DNA of 64,000 nucleotides from an uncultured Alphaproteobacteria bacterium (GTDB lineage Bacteria; Pseudomonadota; Alphaproteobacteria; Paracaedibacterales; CAITNM01): NCBI GenBank assembly GCA_903874955.1, contig CAIQTY010000051.1, positions 2,686 to 66,685 of the forward strand, read 5' to 3'. Shown piece by piece: positions 40,768 to 49,514 of this stretch (position 1 is its first letter; each line of letters starts with the position of its first letter). The notes under the pieces were generated by a model. It saw only the letters and a program-made list of their open reading frames with translations, ran no database searches and was not told where the DNA came from. The position numbers and the translations under genes were made by a program.

Positions 40768-42696
40768 ATGGTCGAAAGTATTCAGCATAAGCTCGACCGG
40801 GTGCGCCCACCACGTGTCCAAATTACATATGATGTAGAGATAGGTGATGCTATTGAAATGCGTGAATTACCATTTGTTGTTGGAATTCTTGCTGATTTAT
40901 CTGGACATATAGCTGATCCTCTTGCTCCGTTAAGGCAAAGAAAATTTATTGATCTTGATAAAGATAATTTCCAAGATGTTCTTGAATCAATTCGTCCACG
41001 TTTGACTATTACAGTTCCTTATAAATTGAGTGCCGATAAAACAGAGACTTCTTTAGAGCTTTTCTTTAGTTCTATGGATGATTTTGAGCCGCTTAACATC
41101 GTTAAAAGAATAGATGATTTGAGTAAATTATATGATTCTCGCTGTCACTTGAAAGATTTGATGAGCAAGCTTGATGGTAACGATACCCTTGCTAGCATGC
41201 TGACCGATGTGATGGCTGATGCAGCAAAGCAAAAACCCTTAGCTGATCAAATAGCGGCTGGTTCTGGTGATGATCTCGATAAAATTTTAACTGAAGGAAA
41301 AATGGCCCGTGATGAATCGCAAAAGCTAATTGCCATTAGTATATTAAATGAATTTTTAATTCAAATAGCTGTTCCAGATGAAAACGATCCCAAAATTTTA
41401 GGGCATTACTTAGCTTACCATATTGATAGGATAGAAAGCCTTATTAGTACACAAGTTAATTTGATAATGCACCACCCTGATTTTTTGAAATTAGAAGGGT
41501 CATGGAGAGGTTTGTTCTACCTGGTTAGTAGAGCGAGTACAGGTGAATCTCTAAAGTTAAAGCTATTAAATTTAACCAGGCAAGAATTGCAGAACGACTT
41601 AGATAGAGCAGTTGAATTTGATCAAAGCCAGTTGTTTAAAAAGGTTTACGAAGAAGAGTATGGCACTTTTGGTGGACATCCTTATTCCTGTTTGGTAGGA
41701 GACTTTGAATTTGGTCGCTCACCTATGGACATGGACTTGCTTGAGAAAATTTCAGGCGTTGCAGCCGCAGCTCATGCACCTTTTATAAGTGCAGCTCATC
41801 CACTGCTGTTTGATCTAGATAGTTTTGAACACCTAGGCGTGCCAAGAGATTTAGGCAAGGCAATGGAAAGTCTTGAACTTGTGAAATGGCATAGTTTCAG
41901 AAGTTCTCCAGATTCTCGTTATGTAAGTTTGGTATTGCCAAGAGTTTTGATGCGTCTACCGTATGGTCCAGATACATCTCCTGTGGAAGGATTGAACTTT
42001 AAAGAAGATGTAGGTTTAGCTGATAGCAATCTCTTTTGCTGGGGTAATGCGTCGTACGTTCTTGCAGAGCGCATATGTAATGCATTTAGTCTGTACAAGT
42101 GGACAGCAGCAATTCGTGGGGTTGAAGGCGGTGGTATTGTTGAAGGATTGCCACCTTATACATTTAAAACTCCAGACGGAGACATAGCTCTTAAATGTCC
42201 AACCGAAGTTAGTATTACAGATCGCCGCGAGAAAGAATTAAGCGATAATGGGTTCATTTCCCTATGTCACTGCAAGGGGACTGATTATGCTGCTTTCTTT
42301 GGAGGACAAACGTCACAAAAACCAAAGAAGTATAATCTTGATGATGCTACGGCAAACGCGAATCTTTCCGCTCGGCTTCCCTATATATTAGCTGCTTCAC
42401 GTTTTGCACATTATATCAAAGTTATAATGCGAGATAAAATTGGCAGCTTCATGACCAAAGATAATGTTTCGTTTTATCTTAACACTTGGATTGCACAATA
42501 CGTACTGTTGAATGATGGTGCTCCTCAAGAAATTAAAGCAAAATATCCTCTTCGCGAAGCTAGGATCGATGTTTTTGAAGTTCCAGGGCAACCAGGATCA
42601 TATACCTCAGTTGCTTATATAAAACCACACTTCCAGTTGGAAGATTTAGCGGTTTCTATTCGTTTAGTCGCAAAATTACCAGCACCATCCGCGTAA
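40768..42696 (+). CDS. tssBC: T6SS contractile sheath protein, an in-frame TssB(VipA)-TssC(VipB) fusion
   Basis: aa 1-~150 are TssB-like (RVQITYDVEIGDAIEMRELPFVVGILADLSG, DKDNFQDVLESIRP, FSSMDDFEPLNIV). aa ~170-642 are TssC-like (IMHHPDFLKLEGSWRGLFYLV, FDQSQLFKKVYEEEYGTFGGHPYS, AAAHAPFISAA, WHSFRSSPDSRYVSLVLPRVLMRLPYG, SRFAHYIKVIMRDKIGS). A GAGGA RBS precedes the ATG. Confidence 0.85.
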   Translation: MVESIQHKLDRVRPPRVQITYDVEIGDAIEMRELPFVVGILADLSGHIADPLAPLRQRKFIDLDKDNFQDVLESIRPRLTITVPYKLSADKTETSLELFFSSMDDFEPLNIVKRIDDLSKLYDSRCHLKDLMSKLDGNDTLASMLTDVMADAAKQKPLADQIAAGSGDDLDKILTEGKMARDESQKLIAISILNEFLIQIAVPDENDPKILGHYLAYHIDRIESLISTQVNLIMHHPDFLKLEGSWRGLFYLVSRASTGESLKLKLLNLTRQELQNDLDRAVEFDQSQLFKKVYEEEYGTFGGHPYSCLVGDFEFGRSPMDMDLLEKISGVAAAAHAPFISAAHPLLFDLDSFEHLGVPRDLGKAMESLELVKWHSFRSSPDSRYVSLVLPRVLMRLPYGPDTSPVEGLNFKEDVGLADSNLFCWGNASYVLAERICNAFSLYKWTAAIRGVEGGGIVEGLPPYTFKTPDGDIALKCPTEVSITDRREKELSDNGFISLCHCKGTDYAAFFGGQTSQKPKKYNLDDATANANLSARLPYILAASRFAHYIKVIMRDKIGSFMTKDNVSFYLNTWIAQYVLLNDGAPQEIKAKYPLREARIDVFEVPGQPGSYTSVAYIKPHFQLEDLAVSIRLVAKLPAPSA

Positions 42697-42708
42697 GGAG
42701 ATAAATAA

Positions 42709-43281
42709 ATGGGTATAGCAATTGATAATTTACCAGAAAATTTTCGTATCATCAGTAATCCCGAAAGTCGGGATTCTGCGCAGTCAAGTTCAGCTGACTT
42801 ATTTGCAAAAATCGTCTATGCGGGCAAAGAGATAACTTCTAGTAGTGTTAAAGGTTTCGAAAAGTGGGCAGTTATTCACGGTTTAGTGATGAACTTATGG
42901 CGTAAAGAAACAGGCGACGTTTCAAATACGGCAGTGAACTCGTCCGCATATTTAGGGATGGATGAAATTCAATTTGCTCTGCCATGCAGTGATGTGGATC
43001 TTGTTGCTGTTGAGACAATTGCTAAAGGACAAATAGTGGATATAACTTTCATGAAGACTGGAAATATTCAAAGTCATAATGTGTCGATTGAGCAATTTGC
43101 ATTCATGAAAGCTCAAATTGTCAGTACGTTTTTTTATATTCAAACTGCTGTAACCCCTTCTGTTACTATTCGCTTTAAACCTAAACAAATTGAAATCACC
43201 AGGTTTGGATATGACGCACAAGGAACAGCAACAGGAAGCAATGTTTATCTAATAGATTTTGTGACCAACACAAGTAAATAG
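42709..43281 (+). CDS. hcp: divergent Hcp (TssD)-like tube protein with an N-terminal extension of roughly 30 aa
   Basis: Sits between tssBC and tssE. By-eye alignment to Hcp1: DLFAKIVYAGKEI..EKWAVIHGL vs DMFIKIGDVKGES..IDVLAWSWG; EIQFALPCSDVDLVAVETIAKGQIVDITF vs DLSFTKYIDKSTPNLMMACSSGKHYPQAKL; SVTIRFKPKQIEITRFGYDAQG vs NVTLNFAQVQVDYQPQKADG. Confidence 0.6.
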   Translation: MGIAIDNLPENFRIISNPESRDSAQSSSADLFAKIVYAGKEITSSSVKGFEKWAVIHGLVMNLWRKETGDVSNTAVNSSAYLGMDEIQFALPCSDVDLVAVETIAKGQIVDITFMKTGNIQSHNVSIEQFAFMKAQIVSTFFYIQTAVTPSVTIRFKPKQIEITRFGYDAQGTATGSNVYLIDFVTNTSK

Positions 43282-43343
43282 AGAATTGATTTTGTAACTG
43301 ATAGAGTATCATAATGTTAATGTTGGTTTTACACATAAGATGA

Positions 43344-43877
43344 ATGAAAGATTCAGCTAATTTAGAATATAAAAAATCTAAAAGTTCTAGCGTGTATCTT
43401 AATAAGCCAGAGCCAAAACCAAAAAAAAGTAGTAAAGCTCCTTTGTTTGATAGATTTATCAACGATTCAATGGACAACAAAAATGAACACCCAAAAAGAA
43501 TCCTTCTTAACCGTGCTCAGATATTAGAATCAATCGTCAATGAAGTGGGTCGTTTATTAAATACCCGCTTAAGCGCTACAGCAAAAATTTATAGTCAATA
43601 TAGGGATCAGGATTATGGATTAGGATTGCCGTGGATGTATGGCATCCCTGATTTTAACTCGATAGATCCTGCTGATAAGAACCAGTGGGTTAGTATCGCT
43701 AAACTTTTTGAAAATGCGATTGGTTACTTTGAACCTCGTCTGAAAAATGTGAATGTTTCACTTGATCATTTTGATGGTCAAAGTCAATGTTTATATGTAA
43801 GTGTTCGGGGCAAAATTGTGATGAAGGAGTTTCAACAACCTGTTGCCTTCGGGGTAGAAGTTAATAATATGAGCTAA
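43344..43877 (+). CDS. tssE: T6SS baseplate wedge protein TssE (gp25-like)
   Basis: PLFDRFINDS..., ILESIVNEVGRLLNTRLS, YGIPDFNSIDP and IENAIGYFEPRLKNVNVSL match the TssE/GPW_gp25 pattern. A Lys-rich N-terminal extension makes the exact start uncertain. Confidence 0.8.
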   Translation: MKDSANLEYKKSKSSSVYLNKPEPKPKKSSKAPLFDRFINDSMDNKNEHPKRILLNRAQILESIVNEVGRLLNTRLSATAKIYSQYRDQDYGLGLPWMYGIPDFNSIDPADKNQWVSIAKLFENAIGYFEPRLKNVNVSLDHFDGQSQCLYVSVRGKIVMKEFQQPVAFGVEVNNMS

Positions 43878-43889
43878 AGTGGGGTATTA

Positions 43890-44246
43890 ATGACTGTTGC
43901 AACGATAAAAGAAAAAATAACGATACTGCAGCAAAAAATGGATATTTGGCCAGGGGTCAACATAACTGAAGAAAGCGAACGTGCTGAAGTTATGGCATTA
44001 ACGAATGCACACTTTGAAGCAGTTGAAACAGATTTTGCAGCGCTTTTAGATCAATGCAGAATGCTTTCCCCTCATGACCAAGACCTGATTACGCCATGTT
44101 TAAGGGAATTAAAACAATTCGTTGAAAATAAGTTTTCGGTGGCTGAAAGAGAACTCATCGAAATGAAAAAAAAAATGGACTTGGGACGTAATCATGCCCA
44201 GGCAATCAGGGCTTATAATAAACCTATGGCAAATTCATCGTATTAA
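43890..44246 (+). CDS. hypothetical small helical protein, last gene of the T6SS mini-cluster
   Basis: 118-aa ORF starting 13 bp after tssE on the same strand, with predicted helical or coiled-coil character. No family recognised. Confidence 0.5.
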   Translation: MTVATIKEKITILQQKMDIWPGVNITEESERAEVMALTNAHFEAVETDFAALLDQCRMLSPHDQDLITPCLRELKQFVENKFSVAERELIEMKKKMDLGRNHAQAIRAYNKPMANSSY

Positions 44247-44395
44247 ACTCTAGAGTTTCATATGATATAAAACAGGTTTGTGGACGGAACCATAAAGGTT
44301 CTCATTTATCCTATTTCTATCTGAATTCCTCACCCCTAGAGACTTCTTGATTTTTGAAGTATCCTATAGCAAATGTTCATTGTAGAAAAAACATT

Positions 44396-44935
44396 ATGCC
44401 TTCATCTAAAACTGTTTTTGAACGTGGTTTAGCTATTACAATTTTTTCAAGCCGTTGGCTGCAGGCGCCTTTGTATTTTGGACTGATTGTAGCACAAGGG
44501 ATCTATGTGCATCGCTTCATTAAGGAAGTTTGGCACCTTTTGACCAGCTTAAGGGTATTTGACGAGACAGAAATCATGCTGGTAGTTCTAAGTCTGATTG
44601 ACGTGGTGATGATTTCAAATCTATTGATTATGGTCATTATTGGTGGGTATGAGACCTTTGTAACCAGGCTTGGCATGGATAATCATCCAGATCTTCCTGA
44701 ATGGCTTGATCATGTGAACGCCAATACTATGAAAATTAAACTTTCCATGGCGCTGATTGGTATTTCATCGATTCATCTTTTAAAAACGTTTATTAACGCA
44801 GCGCAGATGCAAGAAGTCACGATTAAATGGCAGGTGATTATTCATGTAACATTTATTATTTCTGCCATAGCTCTTGCGTACACGGCAAAAATTTCTCAAG
44901 AAAGTTTAGAGGCCATTGGTGCAAATAAACATTGA
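44396..44935 (+). CDS. yqhA: UPF0114/YqhA-family inner-membrane protein
   Basis: [30 protein letters not shown]... is typical of YqhA. ATG at 44396 is preferred over the tracked TTG at 44354. Confidence 0.75.
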   Translation: MPSSKTVFERGLAITIFSSRWLQAPLYFGLIVAQGIYVHRFIKEVWHLLTSLRVFDETEIMLVVLSLIDVVMISNLLIMVIIGGYETFVTRLGMDNHPDLPEWLDHVNANTMKIKLSMALIGISSIHLLKTFINAAQMQEVTIKWQVIIHVTFIISAIALAYTAKISQESLEAIGANKH

Positions 44936-45200
44936 AGCTATTTCAATTGCGCTGAAGCATCATCTGGGAGATGATGCACAGCTTCAAATTATCGATGAAT
45001 CCCATAAGCATAAGGGGCATGATGGGTATAATCCAGAAATTGAAACATCTCATATTGCTATTGAAATTACGTGGGATGGATTTGATGGTCTTGCCGCCTT
45101 AGATAGACATCGTTTGGTCAATTCATGGCTGGATAACTTTTTTAAACAGGGGCTACATGCGGCGCGTTATACTCTAAAAACTCCACAAAAGAATTACTAG
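44916..45200 (+). CDS. bolA: BolA-family protein
   Basis: [11 protein letters not shown]...SHIAIEI....[14 protein letters not shown].....[12 protein letters not shown]. The exact start is uncertain because it overlaps the yqhA 3' end. Confidence 0.8.
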   Translation: MVQINIEAISIALKHHLGDDAQLQIIDESHKHKGHDGYNPEIETSHIAIEITWDGFDGLAALDRHRLVNSWLDNFFKQGLHAARYTLKTPQKNY

Positions 45201-45202
45201 TT

Positions 45203-45886
45203 ATGATGCCCATGGTTCTAGTTGTTGATGACGATATGCGCATTAGGGAACTTCTCGCAAAGTTTTTGAGCGACTATAGCTACAGGGTGCAAACGGCTGC
45301 AAATGCTGCGCAGGTGAGAGTGCTGCTTGCATCACAGCACTTTGATATCATGATTCTCGATATCATGATGCCAAAAGAAACGGGCCTTGAGTTGCTAACA
45401 ACGATTAGGATCGCTCAGTCTTCTTACAAGCATATGCCAGTTATTTTATTAACGGCCCAAGATGGTTTGGATGAAAAAATCCATGGTCTCATGTCTGGTG
45501 CTGATGATTATTTGACAAAACCTTTTGAACCTAAAGAACTTATTGCAAGAATTGAAACCATTTTAAGACGTACAAAAACTAAACCCTCCATTGTGGTTGA
45601 TCTATCCTTAGGGGATTTTGTCTTTAAGGTTGAAAAAGCGGCATTGTTTAAAAACAATGAAGATATTCGGTTGACGTCAACAGAACAAATGGTTCTTCGG
45701 ATTTTAGCGCAGCATCCTTACCAACCTTTTTCAAGAACTGATCTAGCTCACCGCATAGGGTTTGTAATTAGCGAACGTAGTATTGATGTGCAAATCAATC
45801 GACTGCGTCGCAAATTAGAAGATGAAAGCGGCAAGTATTTAAAAACCATTAGACATGTAGGTTATGCATTATGTCCCGATTCTTAA
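45203..45886 (+). CDS. OmpR-family response regulator (CenR-like by N-terminal similarity)
   Basis: Receiver domain VLVVDDDMRIRELL...ILDIMMPKETGLELL...LLTAQ...GADDYLTKPFEPKELIARIETILRR, plus a C-terminal winged-helix (LTSTEQMVLRIL...IDVQINRLRRKLE...IRHVGYAL). Confidence 0.9.
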   Translation: MMPMVLVVDDDMRIRELLAKFLSDYSYRVQTAANAAQVRVLLASQHFDIMILDIMMPKETGLELLTTIRIAQSSYKHMPVILLTAQDGLDEKIHGLMSGADDYLTKPFEPKELIARIETILRRTKTKPSIVVDLSLGDFVFKVEKAALFKNNEDIRLTSTEQMVLRILAQHPYQPFSRTDLAHRIGFVISERSIDVQINRLRRKLEDESGKYLKTIRHVGYALCPDS

Positions 45887-47238
45887 AACTGATAATGAAT
45901 CCAAAAAGATTGTTAAGAAAAACCCTACCAACAAGTTTATTTGGAAGGGCGCTAATTATTCTTTTAACACCGTTATTGTTGGTCCAAGTTGTGCTTGGGT
46001 ATATCTTTTTTGACCGCCATACAGAAACAATTTTACGTCAGCTTTCCACAACTATAGCCGGTGACGTTGCCTTGGTGATGGACTGGGTTGAGCGTGATCC
46101 GAAGGATATTAAAGCTATTCAAAAAGCGGCTCAAAAATTTATGCGTTTAGATGTGAATTTTGTTCCACAAAATACGTTGGAAAAATACGGTGCACACAAG
46201 AATTCATGGTTATATGGGTTTATGGAAGACGCTTTGAATGAAGCTTTAAATGGAGAGGGTGCGAATAAATCCACAGGTGGAAAATTCTATTATTTGCGAA
46301 TGAGTGCCGATAAAATTTTTATTTCCGTAGAAGTTAAAAAGAAGGGGGTTCTGGAAGTCTCGTTGCCTAGAAAACGTCTATTTAGTCGTACAACGCCTTT
46401 GGTTTTAATTTGGACAACATCATCTGCCCTGCTGTTATTTTTAGTTGCATCTCTGTTTATGCGCAACCAAATTAGGCCCTTGCGGAGATTGGCAGAGGCG
46501 GCGGATCGATTTGGTAAAGGTGATGAGCTTGGCGAATTGAAAATTGAAGGGGCTCTTGAGCTGCGGATGTTAAGTCGTATTTTTAATGTCATGCGAGCAC
46601 GTATCCAACGTCACCTGCACGAGCGAACGCAGATGCTTGCCAGCGTTTCTCATGATCTTCGAACGCCGATTACCCGAATGCAGCTGCAGCTAGCAATTAT
46701 GCCCGAAGAAGAAAATAGCAGATTGCTTCAAGAAGATTTAAAACAAATGCAGCTGATGGTTGAGGGGTTTTTGGCTTATGCTAAAGGAACAGCTCATGAG
46801 TCTCGTCATGCCGTACCCATCGCCAGTTACATTCAGGAAATTATCGACAACCTCCCTGGAAAGAAGAACCCAATTGAGTTTCTGCCAATTGACAATCCTA
46901 CAGTTCAAATAAAAGTTCATCTATTTAACCGTTGTTTAACTAATTTGTTGTTAAATGCTAATAGGTATGCTTCGCACACTTGGGTTAGTTTAAAATTAAC
47001 GTTACGGACTTGTGAAATTATAGTGGACGATGATGGGCCAGGAATTCCTGAAGAAAAAAGGGAACAGGTCTTTCAGCCTTTTTATAGGCAAGACTCTGCG
47101 CGTAATTTAGATGAAGGTGGAACGGGACTAGGCCTTAGTATTGTGAGGGATGCGGTTAGAAGTCACGGAGGCAGAATTCGTCTTGATCAATCGCCCTATG
47201 GTGGTCTTCGGGTGGTCCTTACTTTCCCTAGATCGTGA
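45871..47238 (+). CDS. EnvZ-like sensor histidine kinase
   Basis: Two TM segments, HAMP (RNQIRPLRRLAEAADRFGKGD), H-box SHDLRTPITRM, N-box LLNANRY, and G-boxes DDDGPGIP and GGTGLGLSIV. It overlaps the regulator gene by 16 bp. Confidence 0.9.
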   Translation: MSRFLKLIMNPKRLLRKTLPTSLFGRALIILLTPLLLVQVVLGYIFFDRHTETILRQLSTTIAGDVALVMDWVERDPKDIKAIQKAAQKFMRLDVNFVPQNTLEKYGAHKNSWLYGFMEDALNEALNGEGANKSTGGKFYYLRMSADKIFISVEVKKKGVLEVSLPRKRLFSRTTPLVLIWTTSSALLLFLVASLFMRNQIRPLRRLAEAADRFGKGDELGELKIEGALELRMLSRIFNVMRARIQRHLHERTQMLASVSHDLRTPITRMQLQLAIMPEEENSRLLQEDLKQMQLMVEGFLAYAKGTAHESRHAVPIASYIQEIIDNLPGKKNPIEFLPIDNPTVQIKVHLFNRCLTNLLLNANRYASHTWVSLKLTLRTCEIIVDDDGPGIPEEKREQVFQPFYRQDSARNLDEGGTGLGLSIVRDAVRSHGGRIRLDQSPYGGLRVVLTFPRS

Positions 47239-47321
47239 TTGACTGAAATAAAATTGCCGTTGTTGACCTTGGAGCGCAGGTACGTAACAATAAATAATGG
47301 AAAGTATTTAAGGGTAATCCG

Positions 47322-47996
47322 ATGGCAGAAACAAAAACTAATGGAAGTAAAGCTAGTAAACCTAAGGCCGTGAAAAAAGAAAAGGTTGAAAAAGTTCAAA
47401 GTAAATCAAGTTCGGCTAATGCTGAGAGGCCCGATCCTCAAGAAGTGTGGAAAGAGAATCAGCAAAAGTATGCTCACTCAGCTAAGGATATGTTTGAAAA
47501 GTTTTCATCTCATGTGAAAAAACCAGAGCATGCCGCGGTTCATGAAGCTTGGAAAGAACACCAACATAAGTATACGCAATCTGCAAAAGATGCCTTCGAA
47601 AAATTTTCATCCCATGCACACACTTTAAAGCCAGACCATGCTGCTACGATCGCAAGTCACAAAAAGAATCTCGAAGCACTTAATGATGCAAACAAGATGG
47701 CAGCTGATGTCATGAAATCAATTGCAAATCTGCAGAGTCAATTTGTTAAACAAACATTTGAAGATTTAAATTCAATGATGCGCGGTTTGATGACCCAAAA
47801 ACCGGGCCAACCAATTGATTTAGTTGCGCATTCAGAATCGGTCAAGAATTCGTTTCAACGTACCATGGAACATGCTAAAAGCGTTGGTGGCGTACTTTCC
47901 AGTTCGGGAAAAGAAATTCATGCGAGAATGCATGGTCGTCTTGACGAAGCAAAAGAAGAATTAAAAGAACACGTTTCTAAATATAAGAAACACTAA
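47322..47996 (+). CDS. phasin-family-like protein with an internal tandem duplication
   Basis: The C-terminal half (KKNLEALNDANKMAADVMKSIANLQSQFVKQTFEDLNSMMRG) resembles Phasin_2. The N-terminal half holds two ~33-aa repeats (EVWKENQQKYAHSAKDMFEKFSSH / EAWKEHQHKYTQSAKDAFEKFSSH). Confidence 0.55.
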   Translation: MAETKTNGSKASKPKAVKKEKVEKVQSKSSSANAERPDPQEVWKENQQKYAHSAKDMFEKFSSHVKKPEHAAVHEAWKEHQHKYTQSAKDAFEKFSSHAHTLKPDHAATIASHKKNLEALNDANKMAADVMKSIANLQSQFVKQTFEDLNSMMRGLMTQKPGQPIDLVAHSESVKNSFQRTMEHAKSVGGVLSSSGKEIHARMHGRLDEAKEELKEHVSKYKKH

Positions 47997-48043
47997 TTAA
48001 AACTATGGAGGTGGGTTTGAATCTATAATGGTTCAAACTGACT

Positions 48044-48709
48044 CTATTTAAGGCTTTTGATGGCTTTAGCATAATCATCTTGTTTAAATACACTATTTCC
48101 TGCCACGAGAACTCTTGCTCCAGCTTCGATGATGCTGGGGCTATTTTCCGGGTTCACCCCACCATCAACAATAATTTCAAAATTAAGATTCCGTTGTTTT
48201 TTTATTTTTGCTAGCGATGATATTTTTTCTAAGGTGGAGGGGATGAATTTTTGTCCGTAAAATCCTGGATTTACACTCATGATGAGCACCTGATCAACAA
48301 GCTCTAATACAGGCAATATGGCATCGATACTTGTACCTGGATTTATTGAAACACCTGCTTTGCATCCACGGTCTTTAATATCTTTTAAAAAACGGCTTAG
48401 ATTTGATGTTGCTTCGGCGTGGATCGTAATATGGTCAGCGCCTGCTTTATGATATAGATCAATGCATAACGCAACATTTTCTACCATTAAGTGGACGTCA
48501 AACACCAGAGAACAGACAGTTCTTATTTGGCTTATGATATCAGGACCAAAAGTTAGGTTTGGAACAAAGTGTCCATCCATGATATCAAGGTGAAGCCAGT
48601 CTGCTCCTGCTGCTTGAACAGCTAAAACTTCATCTTTTAAGCATAACATGTTAGCTGCCATCAGTGATGGTGCAATAAGGATAGGCTTTTCAATTTCTTG
48701 TTCTTGCAT
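48044..48709 (-). CDS. rpe: ribulose-phosphate 3-epimerase
   Basis: IAPSLMAANMLCLKDEV...GADWLHLDIMDGHFVPNLTFGP...HLMV...MSVNPGFYGQKFI...VDGG. Confidence 0.95.
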   Translation of the reverse strand: MQEQEIEKPILIAPSLMAANMLCLKDEVLAVQAAGADWLHLDIMDGHFVPNLTFGPDIISQIRTVCSLVFDVHLMVENVALCIDLYHKAGADHITIHAEATSNLSRFLKDIKDRGCKAGVSINPGTSIDAILPVLELVDQVLIMSVNPGFYGQKFIPSTLEKISSLAKIKKQRNLNFEIIVDGGVNPENSPSIIEAGARVLVAGNSVFKQDDYAKAIKSLK

Positions 48710-48721
48710 GTTTGATAATCC

Positions 48722-49456
48722 CTATTCCAGATTTAGCATATTTTCTAAAGTGTAAAATCCTGGTTTTTGTGCGAACAACCAAGTGGATGCTTTTATGGCG
48801 CCTTCAGCAAATATATTTCGGTTTAAGCATTCATGGGTTAGGCTAATTGTTTCATCACCGTGGAAGAAATGCACGCTATGTTTCCCAACAACATTGCCAC
48901 CACGCAGGCTTGTAAATCCGATTTCTGGAACATTTAATGAGCGTGGATGCTGCCTATCCCACGATTGGATTTGCTCCAGCTTATACCCTAAAGAATCAGC
49001 AATGGTCTCTCCAATCGCTAAAGCCGTTCCTGATGGGGCATCTTTTTTATGGCGATGGTGAACCTCAGCTATTTCTATATCTGTATTCGTTCCTAAAGTT
49101 TTTGCCACGAGGGAGGCTATTTTTTTTAAGACTACAATCCCTAGACTTGTATTGGCAGCGTATAGGACTGGAATATGATCACCAGCGGTTTTTAATGCAT
49201 TATTTTGAGCTTCAGATAAGCCCGTTGTCCCACAAAAAAAAGGTTTTTTTGTTTGAAGGCAAGCTGTAATAGCAAATTCAATATTATTTGGATTGCTAAA
49301 ATCGATGACACCATCGCAATTTTGAAGAATTTCACTAAATGCGTTCAGATTATCTTCTCTCAAGCGCGAAAAAACATGTACCTTAGTTGAATTGGGTAAA
49401 AGCGCTGAAATGGCGGTTCCCATCCGTCCGCCACCCAGCATACAAACTCTCTTCAA
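48722..49456 (-). CDS. dapB: 4-hydroxy-tetrahydrodipicolinate reductase
   Basis: GGGRMG N-terminus, EVHHRHKKDAPSGTA signature, and ISLTHECLNRNIFAEGA. Confidence 0.92.
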   Translation of the reverse strand: MKRVCMLGGGRMGTAISALLPNSTKVHVFSRLREDNLNAFSEILQNCDGVIDFSNPNNIEFAITACLQTKKPFFCGTTGLSEAQNNALKTAGDHIPVLYAANTSLGIVVLKKIASLVAKTLGTNTDIEIAEVHHRHKKDAPSGTALAIGETIADSLGYKLEQIQSWDRQHPRSLNVPEIGFTSLRGGNVVGKHSVHFFHGDETISLTHECLNRNIFAEGAIKASTWLFAQKPGFYTLENMLNLE

Positions 49457-49514
49457 GAATACGCCTACAATTTTTTCTAATCATACGGTTTCTCAAAAGA
49501 TGTGACTAGATATT

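Noticed and set aside
44247-44353. A GAACC-ataaa-GGTTC hairpin after the T6SS mini-cluster, considered as a terminator. A similar GTTTGAA...TTCAAAC hairpin lies at 48017-48040.
   Set aside because: The stems are 5-7 bp without a convincing downstream T-run, so confidence is too low to annotate.
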